Assembly: GCA_039000725.1 (NCBI GenBank)
Contig: JAWBNO010000002.1
Span: 2,071 to 66,070 of the forward strand
DNA length: 64,000 nt
Source of the DNA: Candidatus Aenigmatarchaeota archaeon
GTDB lineage: Archaea > Aenigmatarchaeota > Aenigmatarchaeia > CG10238-14 > SpSt-28
Direction: 5' to 3'
Under the pieces are notes generated by a model. That model ran no database searches. It saw nothing but the letters and a program-made list of their open reading frames with translations, and was not told the origin of the DNA. The stretch's first letter is position 1. Each line of letters begins with the position of its first letter. Both the position numbers and the translations under genes were made by a program. Of this stretch, positions 9,391-19,551 are shown one piece after another.

Positions 9391-10077
9391 ATGAGAGTTT
9401 GTGTATTTTCAAATTTGCCAACTAAAAAAATTAAAAAACTTTTTCTTCGTCAAAGTTTTATTGTCACGGCCTATAAACCAGATATAGTTGTTAGTTATGG
9501 CGGACATGGAACATTTCTTTCAGCGGAAAGAAATTATCCAGAGGTTCCAAAATTAGTTGTTAGATTAGAAAAAAAAGTTTTGGATTTTGAGATTCTAGAA
9601 AAAGAATTAGAAAACGCTGTAATAAAAATTAAGAAAGGATACTACAAAATATTATCTTTTAATAAAGTTGAAGCTAGTTTTAAAAAGAAAAATTTAGTTG
9701 GTTTAAATGAAGTGCAAATTAGAAATAAAGATTTAAGGGAAGCTATTAGATTCAATGTTTTAATAGGAAGAAAGAAGATAGAAAATGTGATAGGAGATGG
9801 AATAATAGTTGCTACTCCAATAGGTGCTTATGGCTATTATAGAGCGGCTGGGGGAAAGTTGTTTAAAAATGGGATTGGTTTGTGCTTTAATAATTGTGGA
9901 AATTTGAAAACAAAAAGCTATGTTATTAAAGGTAGTGAAAAAATTGTTTTTAGGTTAAATAGAGGGGAAGCACAATTGGCTGCTGATAATAATCCTTTAA
10001 TTTTGAATGTTAGGGAAGGAGAAACAGTTCAAATATTTAGGAGTCAGAAAAAAACAAACGTAATAAAAATTATTTAA
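9391..10077 (+). CDS. NAD kinase-like protein (divergent)
   Basis: GGHGT in place of GGDGT, an NE motif (GLNEVQI), and GDGIIVATPIGAYGYYRAAGG matching the DGxIxSTPTGSTAY region. Confidence 0.55.
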   Translation: MRVCVFSNLPTKKIKKLFLRQSFIVTAYKPDIVVSYGGHGTFLSAERNYPEVPKLVVRLEKKVLDFEILEKELENAVIKIKKGYYKILSFNKVEASFKKKNLVGLNEVQIRNKDLREAIRFNVLIGRKKIENVIGDGIIVATPIGAYGYYRAAGGKLFKNGIGLCFNNCGNLKTKSYVIKGSEKIVFRLNRGEAQLAADNNPLILNVREGETVQIFRSQKKTNVIKII

Positions 10078-10222
10078 GTCTGATTACATTTCCAAACCTT
10101 CTTCTAAAATCTTTCTTCAAAGATTTAAACTTCTTTTTCTTTTTTACTTCAGGCTCATAATAATAGTAGTCCATAATGAATTATAGGTAATAAAGCTTTT
10201 ATATAGAAAAACAATAGATAAG

Positions 10223-10918
10223 ATGATAATAGATGAAAAATCTAAAGAAATATTGAAAGAGAAGTTCGAAAAGGAGCTTAAGAGAGAAGTAGAAGTATAT
10301 TTCTTTACAGATAAAAATAAAGAAATACCTTATGAAGAGTTAATTTCAGAACATGAACACAACCATTCAGAAGATTTGTGCCACTTTTGCGATTTTATGA
10401 GGAAGTTTTTGAGTGAATTAGTTGAGCTTTCTTCGCAAAAAATAATTGTAAGAGAATTTGATATTAATGAAAATCAGGATGAGGCAAAAAAGTATGGAAT
10501 AGAAAAAATTCCAACTTTTTTAATAGATCCTAAAAAAGGATATAAAATTAAATATATTGGTTCTCCTATAGGTGAAGAAGCTTGGGCATTTATAGATACT
10601 ATAATTCAAGTTTCTAAGGATTCTAGCAATTTACAAAAGAAGACTAAGGATAAATTAAAGGAATTAAAGAAAAATGTTAACATTAAAGTTTTTGTTACCC
10701 CTCCATGCCCATATTGCCCATATCAAGTATTTTTAGTTAACAATTTTGCTATTGAAAATAAGAATATTGAAGTTGAATGTATAGATGCTTTTGAAAATCA
10801 AGAAATAGCAGAAAAGTATGATGTTAGTGCTGTTCCCCATACAGTAATAAATGAAAAAGAAATTTTGGTAGGAGTTCAAACGGAAGATAAAGTTTTAGAA
10901 GCTATCATTAGGGATTAA
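10223..10918 (+). CDS. protein disulfide oxidoreductase (two thioredoxin folds, PDO/glutaredoxin-like)
   Basis: Two CxxC sites (CHFC and CPYC) in tandem thioredoxin-like halves. About 230 aa, as in archaeal PDO. Confidence 0.7.
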   Translation: MIIDEKSKEILKEKFEKELKREVEVYFFTDKNKEIPYEELISEHEHNHSEDLCHFCDFMRKFLSELVELSSQKIIVREFDINENQDEAKKYGIEKIPTFLIDPKKGYKIKYIGSPIGEEAWAFIDTIIQVSKDSSNLQKKTKDKLKELKKNVNIKVFVTPPCPYCPYQVFLVNNFAIENKNIEVECIDAFENQEIAEKYDVSAVPHTVINEKEILVGVQTEDKVLEAIIRD

Positions 10919-10921
10919 GAA

Positions 10922-11197
10922 ATGAACATTATATTTCTTCTTCTTTCTTTATTTGATATAGTTAGTGGGATTTTTTATTTGCTTTGCTTCAATTTTCCAC
11001 TATTTTATTTAATTTTGTTTATTAAAGGAGTTTGGAGTGTGGTGTCTTGTTTTTTAGCTAAAGAATATTTTTTTACGATTTTTGGTTTTATAGATACTAT
11101 CGTAGGTATTTTTGGCTTCTTCTCTATTTTTAGAATAGATATTTTTGGAATAGCTTTAATATTGAAAGGTTTGTATTCAATAATTTTTTCATTTTAA
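10922..11197 (+). CDS. small hydrophobic membrane protein
   Basis: 91 aa, three predicted TM helices, no motif. Confidence 0.35.
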   Translation: MNIIFLLLSLFDIVSGIFYLLCFNFPLFYLILFIKGVWSVVSCFLAKEYFFTIFGFIDTIVGIFGFFSIFRIDIFGIALILKGLYSIIFSF

Positions 11198-11581
11198 TGG
11201 CTTTAATGTTTTTATATCCAAAATTTCATAATACTCTATTTCTTCCCCCTCTTTTATTTCTTCTTTTCTTTCTTCAGGTATTTCTAATTGAAGCTCTTGA
11301 TATGTTTGTAAATCTAATAAATGAGCTATATTACCTTCTATAGCAACTACTTGTGCTTTTTTCTTTTCTAATATTGGAACTTCAACTTCTTCATCAGCTG
11401 GCTTAACTATACTTCTTCTTGTTCCATCCAAAAGACCAACAGCATCTACTCTAGTTTTAGCAGCACCATGTTTTCCACTAGTAGAGGTAGTTACTTTTTC
11501 AACTTTACAAGGAACACCATCTATCAAAATATAATTTCCTGGTTTCATATTTTTTATTACTTGGGTTACTTTTTCTGCCAT
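11189..11581 (-). CDS. eif5a: translation initiation factor aIF5A
   Basis: Hypusine loop STSGKHGAAK and size about 130 aa. Confidence 0.9.
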   Translation of the reverse strand: MAEKVTQVIKNMKPGNYILIDGVPCKVEKVTTSTSGKHGAAKTRVDAVGLLDGTRRSIVKPADEEVEVPILEKKKAQVVAIEGNIAHLLDLQTYQELQLEIPEERKEEIKEGEEIEYYEILDIKTLKPLK

Positions 11582-11585
11582 ATTA

Positions 11586-11792
11586 TCACCTTATAGCTAA
11601 TTCTATATCTTCTTTTTTAACAGTTAATCTTTTAGCATGTTTAGAAAATTCTATAGCATTTTTTGCAATTTTTTCTGACAATAAACTCAAAGTTTTATCT
11701 ACTTCTATTAAAGCCTCTTTCGAAATTCTTTTTATTCCAGCAGCTTTAGCAAGTTTTAATAGAGTATTTTTCTTAAATTTCAAACTCTCCAT
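11586..11792 (-). CDS. archaeal histone
   Basis: 68-aa histone fold (AGIKRISKEALIEV...AKRLTVKKEDIELAI). Confidence 0.8.
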   Translation of the reverse strand: MESLKFKKNTLLKLAKAAGIKRISKEALIEVDKTLSLLSEKIAKNAIEFSKHAKRLTVKKEDIELAIR

Positions 11793-11838
11793 TTTAACAT
11801 TTATTGTAATTTTAAATTATAAATTTTGTATTTTCTAT

Positions 11839-13749
11839 ATGGAAATTATTTCACCTTGCATGTACTGCGGAATAGGTTGCAAATTAAAGTATATTGTTGA
11901 AGACAATAAGATAGAAAGAGTGCTACCTTATGATAAAGATGAAATTTCTGAAGGAAAACCGTGCATTAAAGGACTAACTATAAGTGAGGTTGTTGATTCA
12001 GGGAGGATATTAAAGCCTATGAAAAGAATTAATGGTAAGCTTAAGGAAATATCTTGGGAAGAAGCATTATTTACGATATATAAATTGATAAGTAAATATT
12101 CTCCAGAAGAAATTTTTTTCACAGGTAGTGGAAAAATAACAAATGAAGATAACTATATAATTCAAAAGTTTGCAAGAGTTGTAGTTAAGACTAACAATAT
12201 TGATGGTTGTTGTTCTAGACTTTGTCACATGCCTTCTGTTATAGCTTATAAAGATACTTTTGGAATTTCGGCAAATCCATACTTACTTAAAGATATATAT
12301 AAGGTTGACTATCTTTTAGTTCTTGGTTCTAATCCAGCATCTAATTATCCCTCCTTTTTTAGTAAAATAATGAAAAACAGAAGAAACATGAAAATAGTTG
12401 TGATCTCTCCTGTTTATTCAGAGACTACAGAATTCGCCGATAAAGTTGTTTTAATAAATCCGGGTACAGAGATACTTCTATTGAATTGGATAATAAAGGA
12501 AATAATAGAGAGGAAAGCGTTTAGAAGAAAAGTTTTAGGATTAGAGGAATTATACTCTATCGTTTCAGAATATAGTATAAAAGATGTGGAAGAAATTTGT
12601 GGTGTCAAAAGGAATGAAATAAATGAAATTGTAGAAGGAATAATAAGGTGTAAATGTTTTGGTGCTATTCATGGAATGGGCATTACACAAAGAATGTATG
12701 CCGTAGAGACTGTACAATCAATATTAAATCTAGTTGTATTAATGAAAGGTAAAATCTTAAGTGGAAGAGGAGAAATAAACGTACAGGGTAGTGGAGACAT
12801 GTTGACTATACCACAACCTATTCAGTTTCATTCAGATGTAAATTTAGAAAATCTGAAAAAAATATGGAAATGCGAATTACCTAAGGAAAAGGGTATGAAT
12901 ATTATAGAAGCAATTTCTTTTGGTAATGCTAAAGTTTCTTTTATTGTAGGATTTAACCCAGCCCAATCATTGCCAGACTTAAATAAAGTTCACAAAAATT
13001 TGAAAAATATGTTTTTGATTCAGTTAGATTCCTATTTTAACCTAACTTCTTATTTTGCTGATTTGATATTACCAATACCTCTTTTAATAGAAAGAGAAGG
13101 TACAATAACAAATTGTGAAAGAAGAGTTGAATGGATAAACAAGGTAAGACAACCACCTGGTTTATGTAAAAATACATGGGAAATACTTAAAGAAGTAGCT
13201 AGAACTTTTGGAGTAAAGGGATTTGAATATAGTTGTGAGTTAGAAATTTTAGATGAAATAACAAAAATAATTAAAAGTTATTCTTCAATAGATGTGAAAA
13301 AAATAAAAGAGAAAGATTACTTTGCCGATAAGAAAATTAAATATCTTAAATTAAATTCAACAAGATTTATAGGAGTTGATAAACAGACTAATTCTAAATA
13401 TCCTTTTCTTTTATACACTTTCAGATCTAAGTATAATTTCTTAACTAATGAAGCTACAGGAAAATCGAAAACACTTAATAAAGGTGGATATGGGCCGTAT
13501 TTCTATATGAATGTTGAAGATGCTAAGAATATGAAGATAAAAAATTTCGATGAGATTATAGTTGAAAGCATTTGCGGCAAAGTTAAAGGATATGCTATAA
13601 TATCAGATAAAGTTAGAAAAGGATTTATAGGTGCTCATTTTCATTTTGAAAATTTATTAGTAAATAAATTATATCCACTGCAATTTGATAATCGAAGTTT
13701 TACACCAAATTTTAAGTTTGCTGCAGTTAGAGTAAAAAAGGTGAAATAA
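11839..13749 (+). CDS. molybdopterin oxidoreductase, formate-dehydrogenase-alpha-like
   Basis: N-terminal CxxCxxxC...C 4Fe-4S motif (CMYCGIGC...CIKG). SRLCHMPSV block with a Cys-His pair where FDH-type enzymes place Sec/Cys-His. Confidence 0.7.
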   Translation: MEIISPCMYCGIGCKLKYIVEDNKIERVLPYDKDEISEGKPCIKGLTISEVVDSGRILKPMKRINGKLKEISWEEALFTIYKLISKYSPEEIFFTGSGKITNEDNYIIQKFARVVVKTNNIDGCCSRLCHMPSVIAYKDTFGISANPYLLKDIYKVDYLLVLGSNPASNYPSFFSKIMKNRRNMKIVVISPVYSETTEFADKVVLINPGTEILLLNWIIKEIIERKAFRRKVLGLEELYSIVSEYSIKDVEEICGVKRNEINEIVEGIIRCKCFGAIHGMGITQRMYAVETVQSILNLVVLMKGKILSGRGEINVQGSGDMLTIPQPIQFHSDVNLENLKKIWKCELPKEKGMNIIEAISFGNAKVSFIVGFNPAQSLPDLNKVHKNLKNMFLIQLDSYFNLTSYFADLILPIPLLIEREGTITNCERRVEWINKVRQPPGLCKNTWEILKEVARTFGVKGFEYSCELEILDEITKIIKSYSSIDVKKIKEKDYFADKKIKYLKLNSTRFIGVDKQTNSKYPFLLYTFRSKYNFLTNEATGKSKTLNKGGYGPYFYMNVEDAKNMKIKNFDEIIVESICGKVKGYAIISDKVRKGFIGAHFHFENLLVNKLYPLQFDNRSFTPNFKFAAVRVKKVK

Positions 13750-13931
13750 TGGGATTAAGAAGTTTCTTAAGGGATTTATTAATTCTGTATGGTTGCATAA
13801 TAATATTTCAAGAAATGGCAAAAGGCAATATTAAATTTGATATTTCTTTTGTTATAATTTTTTCTTTAATATTTTTTCTAACTATATGGTTTCTATTAGA
13901 AAAGATTGGAATAGTTCAAAAGCTTATTTAA
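13749..13931 (+). CDS. small membrane protein (hypothetical)
   Basis: 60-aa ORF with two hydrophobic helices. Its ATG overlaps the stop of the upstream gene. Confidence 0.25.
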   Translation: MGLRSFLRDLLILYGCIIIFQEMAKGNIKFDISFVIIFSLIFFLTIWFLLEKIGIVQKLI

Positions 13932-14766
13932 TAAAGAAGTTTTCAAAAAGTTTATTAAAATTAACATTTCTCTTAATTTCAGAATAAACTTTATTTATTC
14001 CTTCTAATTCTTCAAATGTTTTTCTTTCATTTTTTAAAAATATCCCAATTGGCACAAGTTCTTTCTCTTTCATTTCTAAGTAATTTTCTAAAGCTTCTTT
14101 AAAATTATTGTAAGTTCTTTCTAATTTAACCATCTTTTTTTCAACTTCTTTCCCAAAATTATTAAAAGATATGCAAGGTTGTAGTATATCTACTACAGCA
14201 AAACCTTTATGTTTAATAGCTTCTTTCATAATAACTTTTAAATTTTCAGCATCATTAGAATAAGATCTTGCAACAAAAGATGTTTTACTTGCTAAAAGTA
14301 AGAGAATTGGATCTAGAGGCTCATTTTTTTCACCTTCAGGTCTAACTTTTGATTTAAATCCTTTTTGTGATGTTGGTGTTGATTGACCAACAGTTAAAGC
14401 AAAAGTTTGATTATTGTGAACAAAAACTTTTATATCAATGTTATATCTTGCTGCATGTATTAAATGTTCTATTCCTTCAGAATATATATCACCATCTCCA
14501 ACAAAACAAATAACTTTTAAATCTTTATTTGCAACTTTTATACCTAGTGCTAAAGGTAATGCTCTTCCATGTAGAGCGTTAAAGCCTGAAAGATTAAGAT
14601 AGTCAAAAATTTTTCCATGACATCCAATTCCACAAACAATTATAACTTTATTTAATTCTATTAATTTTTCTTTTTCTAATTCTTCTAAAGCATTAACAAA
14701 ACTGTTGAGTATGAAAAAATTTGTACAACCAGGGCACCAAGTTATATTCTGATTGCTTTTAAGCAT
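13924..14766 (-). CDS. 2-oxoacid:ferredoxin oxidoreductase beta (TPP-binding) subunit
   Basis: WCPGCT N-terminal motif and GDGD TPP/Mg motif. Confidence 0.8.
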   Translation of the reverse strand: MLKSNQNITWCPGCTNFFILNSFVNALEELEKEKLIELNKVIIVCGIGCHGKIFDYLNLSGFNALHGRALPLALGIKVANKDLKVICFVGDGDIYSEGIEHLIHAARYNIDIKVFVHNNQTFALTVGQSTPTSQKGFKSKVRPEGEKNEPLDPILLLLASKTSFVARSYSNDAENLKVIMKEAIKHKGFAVVDILQPCISFNNFGKEVEKKMVKLERTYNNFKEALENYLEMKEKELVPIGIFLKNERKTFEELEGINKVYSEIKRNVNFNKLFENFFIK

Positions 14767-14772
14767 TCTATT

Positions 14773-16407
14773 TCACCTTTTTAGATTTTCCAGAATTTCT
14801 TCTGGAGTAAATGGCCTACCATCATATTTCAAAATATTTATGGCATTTTTCTTCAAATATGGTTTAATTAGATTGTAAAATTGAGAAGAAGAATTACATT
14901 CAATAACATAGATTTTAGAAGCTTTACTACTCTCAGATTCAATAATTTTTGTGGGAAGAGGGGATAAATAAGTAATATGTAAGTATTTGTAATTTGGTAA
15001 ATCTTCTAAAGCGTCTAGTATTGCTCCTTTATTTGAACCAAAACTTATTATTAAATTTTTTCCTCTACCAAAAACTTTATACATTTCAAACTTACTTTCA
15101 ACTTCTTTTTTTAATACTTCAAATTTTTTTATTCTTTTTTCTTGCATGATTTTAGCTATTTCTTTTTTATCTGTTGTAAATCCAAACTCATCATGTTCAT
15201 AACTATTGCATTTTACCATAAATTTTGTTAGAAAAGTTCGAATAGGAACATAATTTTTTGTAATTTTATAAGTTTTGTAATCTTTTGGATTTTCAACTAT
15301 AAATTTGCTTGGCTTAATTTTTGGTTTTTTTAATGAATCTAAAGTAAAATAGCTTTCGGCAAGATGTTTGTCTGAAAGTATTATTGAGAGTATGCCATAT
15401 TTATAAGAAAGATAAAAAGCCTCTACAGTTTTTTCAAATGCCTCTTCAGCATCCCCAGGAGCAACAACTACTTTCTGAAAATCACCATGACCGGAATAAA
15501 TTGCCGAATTCAAGTCAGATTGTGAAGTATATGTTGGCATTCCTGTTGATGGACCATATCTTTGTGCTAAATAAATTACTAATGGTACTTCAGTCATACC
15601 TTGCAAACTTAAAGTTTCTGCCATTAAATCAAAACCACCACCAGAAGTTCCAACCATTGATATAGCTCCCCCAAAATTTGAGCCAATAGAAGCATTTACA
15701 ACGGCTATTTCATTTTCAAGTAAAAAAGTTTTTATATCATACTTTTCTCTTAAGGAAGAAAGGAAATGTAAAAGTTTTGTTGCTGGAGTCATGGGATAGG
15801 CAAAATAAAAATCTAAGCCATAATAAATACTTCCTAAACCAACTGCAGAAGTTCCATCTAAAAATAGTTTTTTCCCTGTTTTACTATTTTTTGGGAGAGA
15901 GATTTTTTTACTTGAAAAATTAAAATTTTCATAAGAAATTTTTGCAACCTTTTCGTTTATTTCTCCTATCTCTTTTCTTATTTCTTCTAAAAGTGGTTCT
16001 AAAGGAAGGTTAAAAGTTTTAAAGAATGCTCCCAAAAAAGCCGAATTTTTAGTAATTTCTGGTGCATTTAATTTTTGAATTATTTCTTTGTAGTTAAGAA
16101 AAATACAATTTTTAGATTTATATTCTTCCCCACAAATTATTATTCCCCCGTTTTTTAATTCGTTTTCATGTTTTTCTGCTGAAGATTTATCAAAAGCTAA
16201 AATTAAGTCTAAATATTTTTCATGAGAATTTACTTTTCTATCTGAAAATGTTAAGATTGAAAAATCGTGCCCACCTTTAATGTAAGAACCATATTCTCTA
16301 TAAACAAAGCAATAGAATCCTAATTTTATTAAAGATTTCGCAAGAATTATAGAGGATTTTTCTATTCCATCACTCGCTTTTCCACCAATCAAAACACTAA
16401 ATTTCAT
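14773..16407 (-). CDS. 2-oxoacid:ferredoxin oxidoreductase alpha subunit (gamma-alpha fusion type)
   Basis: N-terminal gamma-like domain (IGGKASDG) followed by an alpha domain (YPMTPAT, GGGFDLM). Adjacent to the beta subunit. Confidence 0.75.
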   Translation of the reverse strand: MKFSVLIGGKASDGIEKSSIILAKSLIKLGFYCFVYREYGSYIKGGHDFSILTFSDRKVNSHEKYLDLILAFDKSSAEKHENELKNGGIIICGEEYKSKNCIFLNYKEIIQKLNAPEITKNSAFLGAFFKTFNLPLEPLLEEIRKEIGEINEKVAKISYENFNFSSKKISLPKNSKTGKKLFLDGTSAVGLGSIYYGLDFYFAYPMTPATKLLHFLSSLREKYDIKTFLLENEIAVVNASIGSNFGGAISMVGTSGGGFDLMAETLSLQGMTEVPLVIYLAQRYGPSTGMPTYTSQSDLNSAIYSGHGDFQKVVVAPGDAEEAFEKTVEAFYLSYKYGILSIILSDKHLAESYFTLDSLKKPKIKPSKFIVENPKDYKTYKITKNYVPIRTFLTKFMVKCNSYEHDEFGFTTDKKEIAKIMQEKRIKKFEVLKKEVESKFEMYKVFGRGKNLIISFGSNKGAILDALEDLPNYKYLHITYLSPLPTKIIESESSKASKIYVIECNSSSQFYNLIKPYLKKNAINILKYDGRPFTPEEILENLKR

Positions 16408-16436
16408 TATATTTAATTTAAACTTTTTAAATAAAT

Positions 16437-16913
16437 CTAAATTTTTTTAAGTTCTTTCATAATTCTTCTTCCTTTTGGAATTAAAGATTCAATATGATTT
16501 TCTCTTAAAATACCGGAGCCAAAAAAATCTTCTCCAAATTTTATTAAAACAAAATTGTTAACTTCACAATTAATTAATTCAACCCATTTACAATTTAATC
16601 CTTCCATAAATCTTTCAGCGTTTTCTCTATCTAAAATTGCAATATTTTTATTGGCATATTTTCCAATCATTTGCGACCCCTCTACAGATAACTGAATTTT
16701 TTCATTCCTTTTAATTTTTCCAAAATACAAACCCAAATAGCTTGCTCTACTTATTATTTGAGAGTTAACATTAATTTTATTTAGAAGGTAAATTTTTCCT
16801 TCTTTATTTTTAAAAACACGGAAATTACTAAAATCTATAGAATAACCATAATTCTTTACTAAAATTTTCTCCAGATTTTGAATTTCGTTTTTATTCATTT
16901 CCTCAACTTGCAT
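16437..16913 (-). CDS. PUA/Nip7-like RNA-binding protein
   Basis: About 158 aa with a C-terminal PUA-like block. Overlaps and follows the NOL1/NOP2/Sun methyltransferase. Confidence 0.4.
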   Translation of the reverse strand: MQVEEMNKNEIQNLEKILVKNYGYSIDFSNFRVFKNKEGKIYLLNKINVNSQIISRASYLGLYFGKIKRNEKIQLSVEGSQMIGKYANKNIAILDRENAERFMEGLNCKWVELINCEVNNFVLIKFGEDFFGSGILRENHIESLIPKGRRIMKELKKI

Positions 16914-17812
16914 ACAAAAAATCCCTCTGTTAGGTTATCGAATGGATAAAATCTTATAGCATATTCTGAATATTTATATTCCTTTCCATTATAGCTTTGA
17001 ATTCCTCTTCTATATTTTAAGCCCTTTACTTCAATTTTTACTGGCTCTAAATTTAACTTTCTAACAGCATATTCAAGAATTTCTTCATTTTCTTCTGGAT
17101 CAATTGAGCAAGTTGAATAAACTATTTCTCCACCATTTTTAACAACTTTTGATGCAGATTTTATTAGTTGTTTTTGTAGATTACTCAATCTTTTAACAAT
17201 ATGCTCACTCCAGAAATTCAAAACACTAAAACTACTTATAAAAGTCCCACTCCCACTACAAGGAGCATCTACTAAAACTTTATCAAATTTCATATTAATT
17301 TTTTCTATTTTTCTACCATCAATCATAGTAACTATAGTATTACATACTCCTATTTTTTGCAAGTTGTATGATAAAGCTTCAATTCTTTTTGGAGAAATAT
17401 CATTAGCTATAATTAGACCAGAATTTTTCATTAATTCTGCAATAAAAGTTGTTTTTGAGCCAGGAGAGGCACAGAGATCTAAGATAATTTCATTTTCTTT
17501 TGGATCTAAAACTAAAGGAGGTACAAGACTTGCAGCGTCTTGTATATAAAAGTATCCTAGAAAATGCTCTTCAGCTTTGGATATTTTTTCATCTGAATCA
17601 ACAAAAAAAGCATTCCTATACCAAGGAACTTCTTCTAGTTTCCACCCTTTTTTAGTTAATCTTTCTTTTATTTTTTTAACACCCACTTTAAGAGTATTTA
17701 TTCTAATAGTTTTTTTAGGTCTTATGTGTAAACACTCTTCTAATTTACAAAATTCTTCTCCCAATATTTCTTTAAATTTTTTTTCAAATCCAGGTAAAAA
17801 TGCTATTTTCAT
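16895..17812 (-). CDS. NOL1/NOP2/Sun-family RNA cytosine-C5 methyltransferase
   Basis: DLCASPGSKT SAM motif, DAPCSGSGT, and TCS catalytic Cys motifs. Confidence 0.85.
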   Translation of the reverse strand: MKIAFLPGFEKKFKEILGEEFCKLEECLHIRPKKTIRINTLKVGVKKIKERLTKKGWKLEEVPWYRNAFFVDSDEKISKAEEHFLGYFYIQDAASLVPPLVLDPKENEIILDLCASPGSKTTFIAELMKNSGLIIANDISPKRIEALSYNLQKIGVCNTIVTMIDGRKIEKINMKFDKVLVDAPCSGSGTFISSFSVLNFWSEHIVKRLSNLQKQLIKSASKVVKNGGEIVYSTCSIDPEENEEILEYAVRKLNLEPVKIEVKGLKYRRGIQSYNGKEYKYSEYAIRFYPFDNLTEGFFVCKLRK

Positions 17813-17835
17813 TTATTTACTTTTTCTTTTATCAT

Positions 17836-18681
17836 TTAAGCTGAAAGTAGAGTAAAAACTATCATTCCAACAAAAATCATAAATAAGCTATGTTTAATCC
17901 CAGCAACTACATTACCTTCAGACATTTTACCAACACATAAGCCAGCAAATAAACCTTGAATTATTATTATATCTCTAAAAACATTTTTAAAGAAAGTAGT
18001 TAAATCGGCTTGCTGTATGTTTTGTGCTCCCGCTTGAGTTAAACTTGGAGTACCAGCACTTATGCCAGGAAGTAGAAATTTTTCTATTGCTATTATTACC
18101 CCCAAGAATACAAAGAAGATTATGTAACCAGTTACTATTTGTCCTTGCAGATATGTTGATCTCTCCTTTCTCAATCTATCAATCTCCAATGCAACGTTAG
18201 TTAAAGACTGAAATGTATCGACTACATTTCCTCCAAACTTTTGTGCTTCAATTACAGAAGCAACTATTCTTGATATAAGTTTTGATTTTGTTTCTTTGGA
18301 AAAAGCTAACAAGGCCTCATCTATAGGAATACCCCACTCTAATCTGTGGGCAAGTTTTTTTATTATTGGAGTCAGTTCTTTGTAATCATTTCTAGATACA
18401 GATTTCAAAGCATGTGGCAAAGTCAATCCACCTCTAGACGCTTCTACAAGATCTCTTAAAAATATAGGGAAAAATGCTTCTATTCTTTTTAGTTTTGTAT
18501 AATTAGATATCTGATAAACTACTATAGGTAATATTATTACTAATGCGGAAAATATATTAAGAAGGGAAGAAATTAGTGTAAATTCTGGTATTTTAGAAAA
18601 CAGAGAAAAATTTATAAAAAAGAGTATACTTCCTACTAATATACTTGAAATCAAAACAATTAATATTCCTTTTTCTATCAC
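17836..18681 (-). CDS. type II secretion F-domain membrane protein, half-size (TadC-like)
   Basis: 281 aa, single T2SSF-like unit with flanking TM helices. In an operon with the pilus ATPase. Confidence 0.6.
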   Translation of the reverse strand: MIEKGILIVLISSILVGSILFFINFSLFSKIPEFTLISSLLNIFSALVIILPIVVYQISNYTKLKRIEAFFPIFLRDLVEASRGGLTLPHALKSVSRNDYKELTPIIKKLAHRLEWGIPIDEALLAFSKETKSKLISRIVASVIEAQKFGGNVVDTFQSLTNVALEIDRLRKERSTYLQGQIVTGYIIFFVFLGVIIAIEKFLLPGISAGTPSLTQAGAQNIQQADLTTFFKNVFRDIIIIQGLFAGLCVGKMSEGNVVAGIKHSLFMIFVGMIVFTLLSA

Positions 18682-19547
18682 ATTTCAACCTCCATTGTGT
18701 GTAGAAATAAAATGAATAAGATATTTATAGCAGGTACTATAACATATGCTCCTAACCAAACAAGATCTTTTATTGTAAATCCACCTAATGTTGGTTGAAT
18801 CATGCTCATTATTGCTAGCATAGCAACTAGAAAGAGAGGTGATGCAACTATTATACCAGTGTACAATTCAGACATTAGGTCTAAAGTTCTTATGTACTTT
18901 TCTCTTTTTTTCCTATAATCGAATAGCGTTTGTTCCCCTACAGTTTTTAAGTATAGCTTAATATTTCCTCCGCTTTCTGTTGTAGTAACGAAACCAAGTA
19001 AAAGTTGTTGTAAATCTTCTGAAGGACTTCTAGTTGCAACTTCTTTGATTGCTGTCATTGGGTCTAATCCGAACTCTTCAATATTTCTTACAATTTTTTT
19101 AAACTCTTTTGATATTTCTCCATATTCTTCAAAGTTTGATATTAGTTTAAACATTTGATATGGTGGTAAACCAGAATCTACTAAGGCGCTCATGTGAATT
19201 AATACAAAGGGTAATGAATTATCTATGTTTCTTTTTCTTGATGATGCTCTTTGTGAAGGGTAAAAATACATAAAAATAAAACTAATAGCAGAAGTTAGCA
19301 TACCAGAAAAAATTGAATAAACAAAAGATAATTTACTCGGTACGGAAAATATGGATAAAATAAAATAGGTTATAGCAAACACATATATAAAAGACAAAAT
19401 TGAAACAAATATCATTATACTGGCATAACTCAAAAAAGGCATCTTTAATCCGGATTTTAAGTAAGATTCTTTAAGTGGCTTAAAGAAATCTTCATTTTTT
19501 TCTATCAAAGGACTAAATATTTTTGTTATTGTTGATATTAATCCCAT
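18678..19547 (-). CDS. type II secretion F-domain membrane protein, half-size (TadB-like)
   Basis: 289 aa, single T2SSF-like unit. 4-nt overlap with the downstream paralogue. Confidence 0.6.
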   Translation of the reverse strand: MGLISTITKIFSPLIEKNEDFFKPLKESYLKSGLKMPFLSYASIMIFVSILSFIYVFAITYFILSIFSVPSKLSFVYSIFSGMLTSAISFIFMYFYPSQRASSRKRNIDNSLPFVLIHMSALVDSGLPPYQMFKLISNFEEYGEISKEFKKIVRNIEEFGLDPMTAIKEVATRSPSEDLQQLLLGFVTTTESGGNIKLYLKTVGEQTLFDYRKKREKYIRTLDLMSELYTGIIVASPLFLVAMLAIMSMIQPTLGGFTIKDLVWLGAYVIVPAINILFILFLHTMEVEM

Positions 19548-19551
19548 TTAC

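Noticed and set aside
10070-10174. A minus-strand 34-codon ORF encoding a very basic peptide (MDYYYYEPEVKKKKKFKSLKKDFRRRFGNVIRLK) in the gap after the NAD kinase-like gene. I considered a small ribosomal protein.
   Set aside because: I see no match to any small r-protein I know (eL39, eL40, eL41, etc.). The poly-Lys comes from an A-run. It cannot be supported from sequence alone.
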